Position numbers and translations under genes: made by a program. 9,541 nt of DNA from the IMG/VR virus record IMGVR_UViG_2706794687_000013; one strand, written 5' to 3'. Each line of letters starts with the position of its first letter. The first letter of the stretch is position 1. The notes under the pieces are model-generated. The model was given only the letters and a program-made list of their open reading frames with translations, was not told where the DNA came from and did not search any database. The stretch comes from a virus. Its lineage: Duplodnaviria; Heunggongvirae; Uroviricota; Caudoviricetes. Positions 1 to 7,163 of this stretch are shown piece after piece.

Positions 1-116
1 GAACAGGAGGGACAGCTGATAGAAACAGAAGCCACTGGAGCACCTCAAAAACACCATCATACACTAAATCAGTAAGTTGGCAGCATCACCCCGCCACAGA
101 ACAATTATTGCTTTTG

Positions 117-133
117 CCGTTGATGACAATAAA
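117..133 (+). repeat. left copy of a 16/17-bp direct repeat (CCGTTGATGACAATAAA) flanking the R-M cassette
   Basis: Read directly: 117-133 CCGTTgATGACAATAAA matches 3161-3176 CCGTTATGACAATAAA, an 11-bp exact core plus CCGTT with one indel. The copies sit about 110 bp outside the REase stop and about 70 bp outside the MTase start. Confidence 0.6.
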
Positions 134-242
134 GTTTTTATCGCAGGCGTATACCACGGTGGGCAAATCTATGAAACCGATTTTTTATCCAGTGCACCGT
201 AAAACCCCCATCCTTCAGGGCGTGGCGGATATCAAACTTTGG

Positions 243-1325
243 TCATTTTCTCTGGCTGATCTTTACCGGATAACCATCCCGAAGATCAATTAAGTGCTCC
301 GGTTCAGAAGCAAACCATGCATAAGATCCCCACGCCAATTCTGGTATTGCCTTTTTAAAAGGCAGAGCACTTCTGTCCATAAATGCCGTAAGGAATGCAA
401 GATTTTTCTCGCTGAACCCAGCGTCAATAGCCAAATGAGTGAGAGTAACTTTTCGTTCCCTGTTTATAGGCCCATCTGTCGCAACTACTTCAGTGAAAAC
501 TACAAGCATGTCCGAACCCGTTCGGTCCTCTCCCAAATCAATCAAAATAATATCTGGAAGTGCTTTTGAGGCATCAATATTCAGCCCCAATGCTTTTGCC
601 AATACATCATCCTGAGCAACAACTTTATTCCCGGATTCAGACAACCAGAGCACAGTTGGATTCTTAAGAAAATTAGGAGCAAAAACTTCGATGACGGCCT
701 TAGCTATTGTACTTGACGGGCCCGGAGCTAAAGTTCTCTTCTCTCCATTTGGGAAAGTGACGACTACGGCATCAGCAGCAATCACTGCCCCTGATTTCAA
801 TAAACGCAACCTAGCAAGAGCGGCTTTGTTCAAATGATTTTCTTGCCAGGAACTTATTGCACTCAGCAGCGAATCTCCTTCAAGCCCGGCATCAAAGAGT
901 GCTGCAAAAGAGCGATTCAAACTGTAACGAGGACGAGAGGATGTGGTGGGTATACCTTTACGCTCAACAATTGCATTGCAAGGTATTAGGCCATTTTTTA
1001 TAGTTTCATCACGTATTGGCTCACGCGTATTTTCCGCATACCATGCATCAGCAGGCCTTATCTTTTGTTTAGAGAAAGTCATCTTTACCCAGCTTTCTCT
1101 GGACGCATCATCAGTAAGAGCAGCCTGCGAATCTCCCATACTTACAACCTGGCTGGGCCTTATCCATCGCCCCAGCCCCTCAACCGCACCAGCATAAAAC
1201 ATGACAAAAATTGTTTTTGCAGCTATTTCCCGAATTAAATATCCACGATTCTCAGTCCCTTCAGGGAAAATTAATTGTAATCTTTCCCGGATAACATTCA
1301 ATGGGGGAACAACAGGCAGATTCAT
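243..1325 (-). CDS. putative Type II restriction endonuclease, partner of the adjacent methyltransferase (possibly BsuBI/PstI-like; family recalled from memory, unverified)
   Basis: 360-aa ORF. Its ATG (1325-1323) overlaps the MTase stop (ATGA at 1325-1322), implying translational coupling. GGAG lies 10 nt upstream. GC is low (about 40%), like the MTase. No MTase or specificity-subunit motifs; no nuclease motif could be confirmed by eye. Confidence 0.55.
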   Translation of the reverse strand: MNLPVVPPLNVIRERLQLIFPEGTENRGYLIREIAAKTIFVMFYAGAVEGLGRWIRPSQVVSMGDSQAALTDDASRESWVKMTFSKQKIRPADAWYAENTREPIRDETIKNGLIPCNAIVERKGIPTTSSRPRYSLNRSFAALFDAGLEGDSLLSAISSWQENHLNKAALARLRLLKSGAVIAADAVVVTFPNGEKRTLAPGPSSTIAKAVIEVFAPNFLKNPTVLWLSESGNKVVAQDDVLAKALGLNIDASKALPDIILIDLGEDRTGSDMLVVFTEVVATDGPINRERKVTLTHLAIDAGFSEKNLAFLTAFMDRSALPFKKAIPELAWGSYAWFASEPEHLIDLRDGYPVKISQRK

Positions 1326-3094
1326 GCAATCATCACTCCATAGAAACCAGCGATAGTTCTCTCAATAATCCGTCTGTGGACGCCAGCATCAATTAACGAT
1401 TGAATCTCCATCACCTGCTCCAGAGAAGGCAACGGGATTGAATTCAATTCATAGGCCGAAACAGCAACACTTCCGCTTATACACCTGAACGCCCGATCGA
1501 CAACATGCGAATTAAGTAGCATATCAATAACATCAGGGCGAACCGCAGAGAACAATCCGTTTGAATATACAATATTAATATGGTTTTCAACTACTACGCC
1601 ACCAGTTTCATCTATAAATCCCTGAGGTAAAATTGCCGCTAAAATCCTTCTGTCCTGTTCCTTCGATGTTGTCCGCTGAACAAGCACACATTCAGATTTT
1701 GTCACAAGGAAACCCTGTTGTGGGGTTATATCGATATAGGGAACATGATTTTTTCTGTCTGCACTAAAACGAAAACCAGCTGAAGTTATTGATTCCGCCC
1801 AGACTAATGGGTAGCTATTTTTTCCTTTCGTCGTACGCAACTGCGACTTAAATCGATTCCAGACTAACTGACCTGTAGAGACTGAGTATCCCAGATCAGC
1901 TAAACGCGTAGACATCTGTTTTAATACATTAAGAAAACAGGCATCATCTTTAACGCGTGGCAAAAGCCACGTTGCTCCACCTTTTTCTATATCAACATTA
2001 CCTATTTTCTCAATTTTTGCTTTGTTCAACCCCTTAGGGACAAGTGAGGATACCTGGGCCCGAACTTTATGTTCTCCCGCCTTGAATGCTGTCAACATTG
2101 TTTCCTGGAGAACATCGTCAAAGACCCCATCCCTGTCAGTGACGAAATCAAGGGCATACGGAGTAGTTTTTTCGGTCAAAAGNNNNNNNNNNNNNNNNNN
2201 NNNNNNNNNNNNNNNNNNNNNNNNNNNNNNNNNNNNNNNNNNNNNNNNNNNNNNNNNNNNNNNNNNNNNNNNNNNNNNNNNNNNNNNNNNNNNNNNNNNN
2301 NNNNNNNNNNNNNNNNNNNNNNNNNNNNNNNNNNNNNNNNNNNNNNNNNNNNNNNNNNNNNNNNNNNNNNNNNNNNNNNNNNNNNNNNNNNNNNNNNNNN
2401 NNNNNNNNNNNNNNNNNNNNNNNNNNNNNNNNNNNNNNNNNNNNNNNNNNNNNNNNNNNNNNAATGGATCGATCTCTATCCCCTTTAAACGACGACTGAT
2501 TCTCCTCAACATCCATTCAGGGGAAGACCCCTTGTCTTTTTTTAACATTCGAATGGCTACTGGTGCCAAAAATGCACCGCCACCACACGCAGGATCAATA
2601 ACCGATGCATGAGAAAAATCAACACCAGACTTTTCAGCCAGGTCCAAGAGACGCGCTACCAAAGGTGGGGGGGTATAGTAAGCCCCCAATTCCGAACGGT
2701 AAGCGGATGGCAGCATTACCGTATAAATTGACCCAATCAGATATCCAGCGTCCTCCGCCGGAAATTGAGCAATAAGCTCACCTGTTCGTTCAGCGAGCTC
2801 GCGTGCATCACATGGAATGTCTTCTATGTAAACAGTGTGCGGTACTGCCCTCATTTTAATGCTGCTTTTTTGCTTTTTTGCAAGGGTATCCCAATATGCA
2901 GCTACGATGCTGAAGCAGTATGAGCGGGCATGCATCAACCTTGACTGCCCGGTTTTGTAATTGCCCGCATAACCTTTGGCCATGGCTTTACAAGTTTGAT
3001 ATCTTTCCAGATTAGAAAACTCATTATCTGTAAAAAAATCAAAATGTTGCACATTCATAATGTAAAATCCTAATGTATCAAACATGCGGGCCAT
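1322..3094 (-). CDS. N6-adenine DNA methyltransferase (N6_Mtase/HsdM-like catalytic domain with a TaqI-like C-terminal target-recognition region); Type II R-M methylase
   Basis: 590-aa ORF. 'GAYYTPPPLVARLLDL' and 'DPACGGGAFL' match the AdoMet-binding motifs (X and I) of gamma-class amino-MTases. The C-terminal part ('LADLGYSVSTGQLVWNRFKSQLR...') resembles TaqI-like recognition domains. Motif IV (NPPY/F) presumably lies in the masked stretch 2183-2462; frame continuity across the mask is assumed from length. Alternative start ATG 3058 (AGGA 9 nt upstream). Confidence 0.8.
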   Translation of the reverse strand: MARMFDTLGFYIMNVQHFDFFTDNEFSNLERYQTCKAMAKGYAGNYKTGQSRLMHARSYCFSIVAAYWDTLAKKQKSSIKMRAVPHTVYIEDIPCDARELAERTGELIAQFPAEDAGYLIGSIYTVMLPSAYRSELGAYYTPPPLVARLLDLAEKSGVDFSHASVIDPACGGGAFLAPVAIRMLKKDKGSSPEWMLRRISRRLKGIEIDPXXXXXXXXXXXXXXXXXXXXXXXXXXXXXXXXXXXXXXXXXXXXXXXXXXXXXXXXXXXXXXXXXXXXXXXXXXXXXXXXXXXXXXXXXXXXXXLLTEKTTPYALDFVTDRDGVFDDVLQETMLTAFKAGEHKVRAQVSSLVPKGLNKAKIEKIGNVDIEKGGATWLLPRVKDDACFLNVLKQMSTRLADLGYSVSTGQLVWNRFKSQLRTTKGKNSYPLVWAESITSAGFRFSADRKNHVPYIDITPQQGFLVTKSECVLVQRTTSKEQDRRILAAILPQGFIDETGGVVVENHINIVYSNGLFSAVRPDVIDMLLNSHVVDRAFRCISGSVAVSAYELNSIPLPSLEQVMEIQSLIDAGVHRRIIERTIAGFYGVMIA

Positions 3095-3160
3095 AACATC
3101 TCATGGTGGCGCATAGCAAACTGGCCCGAAGAATATCACGCACCAAGTCGATCTCATAAC

Positions 3161-3176
3161 CCGTTATGACAATAAA
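3161..3176 (+). repeat. right copy of the 16/17-bp direct repeat (CCGTTATGACAATAAA) flanking the R-M cassette
   Basis: Read directly; same orientation as the copy at 117-133. Lies in the 214-bp gap between the MTase start and the upstream gene. Confidence 0.6.
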
Positions 3177-3308
3177 TCTTTGTAGCTGAACTCACTTGGT
3201 GATTTGTCAATCATTCCTGGCCTCCAGTTCGTCCTGAATCTCTTTATCGAGTTCACCGTATTTGTTAGTCCTCATCACTCACGACTTGACTTCCAGAAAT
3301 AACCTTGA

Positions 3309-3665
3309 TTATTCGGGGCTATATTTTGTCACCCTGCGTATCCGCGCTTTCGCATTACGCTCAATCTGGATTAGCTTTTCTATATTTTTTCGCCTTTCCC
3401 GCTCCTCCTGGCGCAAGAGCCTTACATCATCTGCCAGTCTGGTTTCTCTTTTCGCCACAGAGAGCATCCAGTCAAATGGCTCCACAACTGCACCGCAAAT
3501 TTTACAGCGGACCTGACGCTCTTTTTCGTCAACCCGGACAGAAGCGTGATGGCAATATGGTCTTTCCGATGGCTCATAAAGAAAATTAACCTGATTACGA
3601 GGGTTATCCTCTTTTACCGGAAATAAAACAATATTGCTTAACTCATCTTCTGGTTTTATTTCCAT
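3309..3665 (-). CDS. hypothetical protein with a Cys-cluster (zinc-ribbon-like) N-terminal half and a basic coiled-coil-like C-terminal half
   Basis: 118 aa from ATG 3665-3663, preceded by a strong RBS (GGAGAGGAGC immediately upstream). Pattern 'YCHHASVRVDEKERQVRCKICGAV' (C-x16-C-x2-C). C-terminus is rich in R/E/K ('RLLRQEERERRKNIEKLIQIERNAKARIRR'). The track's longer form (to 3722) lacks an RBS. Confidence 0.55.
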   Translation of the reverse strand: MEIKPEDELSNIVLFPVKEDNPRNQVNFLYEPSERPYCHHASVRVDEKERQVRCKICGAVVEPFDWMLSVAKRETRLADDVRLLRQEERERRKNIEKLIQIERNAKARIRRVTKYSPE

Positions 3666-3722
3666 GCTCCTCTCCTTTGATGCGAATGCCAGCGGTAATT
3701 GAAGCCTGATAGCTAATTTCAC

Positions 3723-4145
3723 TCACAGTACCGCCTCCTGAAAATCACCCTGATAGAAAGCCGGTACACGCTGCATAACTTCACTCTTCCGGCACTCGCG
3801 ACAGATTATGTTCTGATGTCTGTCGTAGCGGCGTATTTCTCCGTCCGGTAATGACCAGATAAGGTCCGGATCAACCACAGATGGTTTCTTCAGCTTTGCC
3901 CTCGAGAGTTTTTTGCGGGCGTTTTGCCAGTCCTTACGAGCCTGTTCAGACGGGAATAACCCGTAGCCAGAGTTGTATACATCCCCACTGGCAACCAGCT
4001 CTCTGGCGAGAACGCTTATTAAATATCTTGTCGCCCCGGTTTTAGCTTCCAGTTGTCGTAACGTCTCGCGCCCACTCTGGCGTACGAGTTCAACAACCTG
4101 CCCCTTAATTTTTTCCCGCTCTTCCTGTGTAAATACTTTTGCCAT
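3723..4145 (-). CDS. hypothetical prophage protein (possible winged-helix N-terminal region, CxxC near C-terminus)
   Basis: 140 aa from ATG 4145-4143 (the track's 4160 start is TTG). Tightly packed in the leftward operon, 15 bp after the upstream gene's stop, with a G-rich stretch before the ATG. 'VVELVRQSGRETLRQLEAKTGATRYLISVLARELVASGDV' looks HTH/wHTH-like. No family recognised. Confidence 0.5.
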   Translation of the reverse strand: MAKVFTQEEREKIKGQVVELVRQSGRETLRQLEAKTGATRYLISVLARELVASGDVYNSGYGLFPSEQARKDWQNARKKLSRAKLKKPSVVDPDLIWSLPDGEIRRYDRHQNIICRECRKSEVMQRVPAFYQGDFQEAVL

Positions 4146-4160
4146 AAGCGCCCCCGGCAA

Positions 4161-4886
4161 TCACTTTTCCGACACAATACGACCGGAGGAATCGACAATC
4201 TGTCGAACAATATCCCGGTGCTTGTTCAGCTCCCGCAACGCGGCGCAGACACGCTCCCACTTCTGGACATGACTTTTCGCCCGACGCAGTTCGCGGTTTG
4301 CCATATGCAGCGATGGTAAAACCAGGTCATCCGCTTGCGTTTCGGTGAACGATGGCAACGACTGCACAATGTCCGCCACAGTTTCTGTTTTAATTTCTTC
4401 CTGTGTTGCAGCTTCCTGTACCGGTAACGCAACACCTGCTGGCTGAGGAAAGACTTTACCATCCGTTTCCGCTATGGATGCGGCTTTCGGCTCTGCCGGT
4501 AAATCAGCGCCCGGTATGCAGTACCGAAATTTACCGCCCTGATTCACGCGAATCAGACGCCCTTTGCTGATTGCCATGGCCAGCGATGAATTCGCCCGGC
4601 GGGAGGTAATCCCGAACATCAGTGCCAGCTCATCCGCCGTTTGTGGGCCATGTTGTTCAATCGCCTCAGTCAGCATTTGCGCTGTCACTTTCGGTACCGG
4701 TGACACTGGTTCACTTTCACCAGCCTGAATCAGCCACCACATCGAACCCTTGTTATCCGCTTCACCACGGCGCTTCAGTTTCCACAGTTCGTTGACCGCA
4801 TCTTCACGGCTGATTCCAAGGCGGGACGCCACCACATGTGAAGAGGCTCTTTTCAGTGCTTTCAGTGCGTCAAATACAGTTTCCAT
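4161..4886 (-). CDS. hypothetical prophage protein with two putative winged-helix-like repeats (possibly a DUF-type phage protein; unverified)
   Basis: 241 aa from ATG 4886-4884, with GGAGG 8 nt upstream; the track's 4904 start is TTG. Two similar segments ('[40 protein letters not shown]' and '[43 protein letters not shown]'). Starts 21 bp after the DnaC-like stop. Confidence 0.55.
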   Translation of the reverse strand: METVFDALKALKRASSHVVASRLGISREDAVNELWKLKRRGEADNKGSMWWLIQAGESEPVSPVPKVTAQMLTEAIEQHGPQTADELALMFGITSRRANSSLAMAISKGRLIRVNQGGKFRYCIPGADLPAEPKAASIAETDGKVFPQPAGVALPVQEAATQEEIKTETVADIVQSLPSFTETQADDLVLPSLHMANRELRRAKSHVQKWERVCAALRELNKHRDIVRQIVDSSGRIVSEK

Positions 4887-4907
4887 TAAAACATCCTCCA
4901 ACAAAAA

Positions 4908-5420
4908 TTACTTCACAACTCCCGGAAAGCTGACATTTGAACGCCAGCTATCCCAGTTAAACGTCACCCACCGACAACCGTTCATGGTCATGCGGTCCAT
5001 AATCCTCTCACCAAGAAGCGTGCTCATTGCGGCATGATTCAGGTTTGTTAACATCCCGACACTGCACAGTGATGCTGTCCGGCGATCAATTATCTGGTGC
5101 AATACCACCTGCTCGTTTTTCGTCTCCCGCTGAATGCCTATTTCATCCAGGACCAGCAAATCAACCCCGCAAAGCTCCTGTAAAAATTTTTCACCGGATT
5201 TGCCGTTGTCGTAGCTGTCATGCAACACGCTCATGACATCAGACTCGGTGACGATAATCACGCTGCGCCCCTTCGCCATCAGCCGGTTACCCATCGCCGC
5301 TGCAAGGTGATTTTTCCCGGTGCCGGTTTTACCGCTGAACACAAAATTCGTGCACCCGGTCATCAGTTCGTCAGCTATGGATTTGGCCTGGCTCAGCGCG
5401 TATTTTTGCCCGTCGTTCTG
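4908..5420 (-). CDS. DnaC-like AAA+ helicase loader (lambda P-equivalent / YdaV-like replication protein); 5' end lies in masked region
   Basis: Visible 170 aa carry Walker A 'SGKTGTGKNHLAAAMG' and Walker B 'LLVLDEIG', typical of DnaC/IstB-like loaders. The true start (estimated about 75 codons further 5') is hidden in the N-run 5421-5683. The track's N-terminal 'MFSERRRFLGRTG...' (TTG at 5747) is probably not real. Confidence 0.8.
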   Translation of the reverse strand, partial: QNDGQKYALSQAKSIADELMTGCTNFVFSGKTGTGKNHLAAAMGNRLMAKGRSVIIVTESDVMSVLHDSYDNGKSGEKFLQELCGVDLLVLDEIGIQRETKNEQVVLHQIIDRRTASLCSVGMLTNLNHAAMSTLLGERIMDRMTMNGCRWVTFNWDSWRSNVSFPGVVK

Positions 5421-5685
5421 NNNNNNNNNNNNNNNNNNNNNNNNNNNNNNNNNNNNNNNNNNNNNNNNNNNNNNNNNNNNNNNNNNNNNNNNNNNNNNNN
5501 NNNNNNNNNNNNNNNNNNNNNNNNNNNNNNNNNNNNNNNNNNNNNNNNNNNNNNNNNNNNNNNNNNNNNNNNNNNNNNNNNNNNNNNNNNNNNNNNNNNN
5601 NNNNNNNNNNNNNNNNNNNNNNNNNNNNNNNNNNNNNNNNNNNNNNNNNNNNNNNNNNNNNNNNNNNNNNNNNNNNNNNNNNNGG

Positions 5686-6666
5686 GAGCAACCAGGGGTT
5701 TTCAAAATTCCGGTCCGGCCCAAAAAACGTCGTCGCTCGCTGAACAAATTCCGTTCCCGCTTTCCCGGTCGCCGCCAGGTATCTCGCGTAACGCCTCACA
5801 CCATCCAGCATGGTCTCTGGTGGCACCCCCTCGCGCAATCTGGCCTTCCAGGCACTGAATGCGGATTTCTTCGGGTTTGCCCCGGCACGCAACGGGTATT
5901 CCCGCCAGACCTGTTCGAACACATCCGGATAATCCACTCGTCCCACAGGCTGCCCGGTGTTTTCCGGGGCTACCCGATCGGCTTCCCGCTGAATGGCGGA
6001 ATCGGCTTCAGGCTGCTGCAGTTGGAGTGATTGCTCCGGCCTTGCGGTCATCACCTGCTGCACAGCGCCCGAATCGGCTTTCAGCGCATACGCTGAATCG
6101 GCTTCCGGTGTCGAGCCTGCTGGCTGACCAGGATTGACGGTCTGAACATCCCCTGCCTGGTTCGTGGCGTTTTTTACGCCATGGACCATAGTGTTTTGAT
6201 CTTCTTTATCTGTATCTTTATCTGTATCTGTCGTGACTCGTCGTGACATGTGCGTGACATTTCGTGACGCGCCGTGACAATCGCCATTTTGTTCCCGCTT
6301 TCTTTCCCTCTCTCGCTGCGCCCTCTTGCGCTCTGCAGGAGATTTTGCGGTTTGCGAAATATTGCCGTTGTCCTCTTTAAGCACCTGGCGTTTTTCCCAT
6401 CCAGTGATTAAATCACCATCAAGTACCCGCCCCTGCATCGTCTGCAAAATTGAATCAATTACCTCTTCTGTCACGTCGAGCGCACTTGCCAAATCTTCTG
6501 TCGTGACATCAATGTGACCTCGCGTGACATTTCGTGACGCGCTCACCAGGAGGTGGATATACACTGCCATCACTGTTGCAATTGGCTGCCCTGACACCCT
6601 GGCAATTGTTCGCCACTTAGGGTCATTTGGCATGTCATGCCATAATCTGAGCCAGGCGTTAGCCAT
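5686..6666 (-). CDS. phage replication initiator (lambda O-like / YdaU-like replisome organizer); 3' end lies in masked region
   Basis: ATG 6666-6664 with AAGAGG upstream (track start 6672 is GTG). C-terminal half has the 'FEQVWREYPLRAGANPKKSAFSAWKARL...' motif recalled from phage replication-initiation proteins. The gene contains the iteron arrays and an acidic/basic linker. The stop is inside the N-run; the track's tail 5371-5420 ('ERRAKIRAEPGQIHS') is an artefact of reading through the mask. Confidence 0.65.
6231..6278. repeat. iteron-like array: five CGTGAC copies at 10-11-bp spacing, adjacent to an AT-rich tract and a 12-bp tandem repeat (putative ori core)
   Basis: CGTGAC at 6232, 6242, 6253, 6263 and 6273. 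Immediately preceded by 6191-6230 (about 30% GC), which contains TTTATCTGTATC x2 (6205-6228). Lies inside the O-like gene. Confidence 0.55.
6470..6542. repeat. second iteron-like array (CGTGAC x3 plus TGTGAC and one inverted GTCACG) including a 21-bp perfect copy of part of array 1
   Basis: GTCACG 6470-6475; CGTGAC at 6502, 6523, 6533; TGTGAC at 6513. GCGTGACATTTCGTGACGCGC is identical at 6522-6542 and 6252-6272. Confidence 0.55.
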
Positions 6667-6737
6667 ACTCACCTCTTCTGATACCGAATCTTTTTACTCA
6701 CGAGTTGCCGGGAGCGATTCGATATGGCTATTGTCAG

Positions 6738-7163
6738 TCAATGTACTGCCACAGCATTTCCTGCCGGGCCACCACGGTTCATCTGATTGAAACCGGCGAT
6801 TGCCACTGCGACAAAATCATCAGCGTCTCTCACCAGTCGTTCATGCGTCTCCACCAGTTCCCGAAAATAAGCTGAACTGTGGCTGCGCATTCGAGCCACC
6901 AGCGGAGGTGGCATTGCCCTTTCGATCGCAGGTAACAACGCCTGAATTTTTTCAACAGCGTCAGGGGTGTCTTTATCCAGCCAACGGAAAATCTTTTGGG
7001 TGTTGAGATAAAGCGTGTTGTGCTTGCTGTCGTTATGCAGAACCGGAAACGTCATTCCCAGTTCGAAATAAACCCTGGTTATTTCAGCTGCCGGAACTTT
7101 TTCACCGTCCGGATGCGCCCAGGCTTTCATCGCCATGCGGATGTGTTCATGCTTGATTTTCAT
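6738..7163 (-). CDS. ydaT: YdaT-like prophage regulatory protein (possible CII-like role in the switch)
   Basis: 141-aa ORF beginning 'MKIKHEH...'. Its ATG (7163-7161) overlaps the upstream gene's stop (ATGA). Size and position (second gene after the Cro-like gene, before the O-like and DnaC-like genes) match Rac ydaT as recalled; sequence identity not verifiable here. Confidence 0.6.
   Translation of the reverse strand: MKIKHEHIRMAMKAWAHPDGEKVPAAEITRVYFELGMTFPVLHNDSKHNTLYLNTQKIFRWLDKDTPDAVEKIQALLPAIERAMPPPLVARMRSHSSAYFRELVETHERLVRDADDFVAVAIAGFNQMNRGGPAGNAVAVH

Noticed and set aside
181-242. Possible terminator downstream of the endonuclease stop
   Set aside because: No convincing GC-rich hairpin followed by a T-run on the minus strand; only short imperfect complementarity.
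294-1197. Plus-strand ORFs 294-569 and 943-1197 inside the endonuclease gene
   Set aside because: Antisense to a longer, better-supported ORF, with no RBS and low-complexity translations.
2183-2462. 280-nt run of N inside the methyltransferase gene
   Set aside because: Masked or unsequenced bases, not a biological feature. Anything the ORF track shows as X here is uninterpretable; I only assume the frame is preserved.
2022-2612. ORFs 2022-2612 (+), 2069-2488 (+) and 2148-2516 (-) spanning the N-run
   Set aside because: Mostly composed of masked codons; artefacts of treating N as non-stop.
2864-2880. GCTTTTTTGCTTTTTTG (two T6 tracts) inside the methyltransferase gene as a possible phase-variation switch
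   Set aside because: Six-base homopolymers are too short for efficient slipped-strand switching; they simply encode a Lys-rich stretch.
3262-4462. ORFs 3262-3516 (+), 3305-3589 (+), 3973-4272 (+), 4019-4210 (-), 4226-4462 (-)
   Set aside because: Overlap, antisense or out of frame, the three tightly packed minus-strand genes that have RBSs; several have Arg/Ser-rich translations typical of wrong-frame reads.
5421-5683. 263-nt run of N spanning the initiator/helicase-loader junction, plus the ORF-track tail 5371-5420 and the 'MFSERRRFLGRTG' N-terminus from 5747
   Set aside because: Masking artefact. The initiator stop and the loader start are hidden, and the track's read-through segments are in frames that most likely do not belong to those genes.
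4750-6137. ORFs 4750-5037 (+), 5027-5236 (+), 5220-5858 (+), 5320-6030 (+), 5859-6137 (+)
   Set aside because: Antisense to the DnaC-like and O-like genes in GC-rich DNA where long spurious frames are expected; two also cross the N-run.
6231-6542. Short spaced CGTGAC repeats as a possible CRISPR array
   Set aside because: Repeat unit is only 6 bp at 10-11 bp spacing inside a coding sequence, with no 25-40-bp repeats or unique spacers; consistent with iterons.
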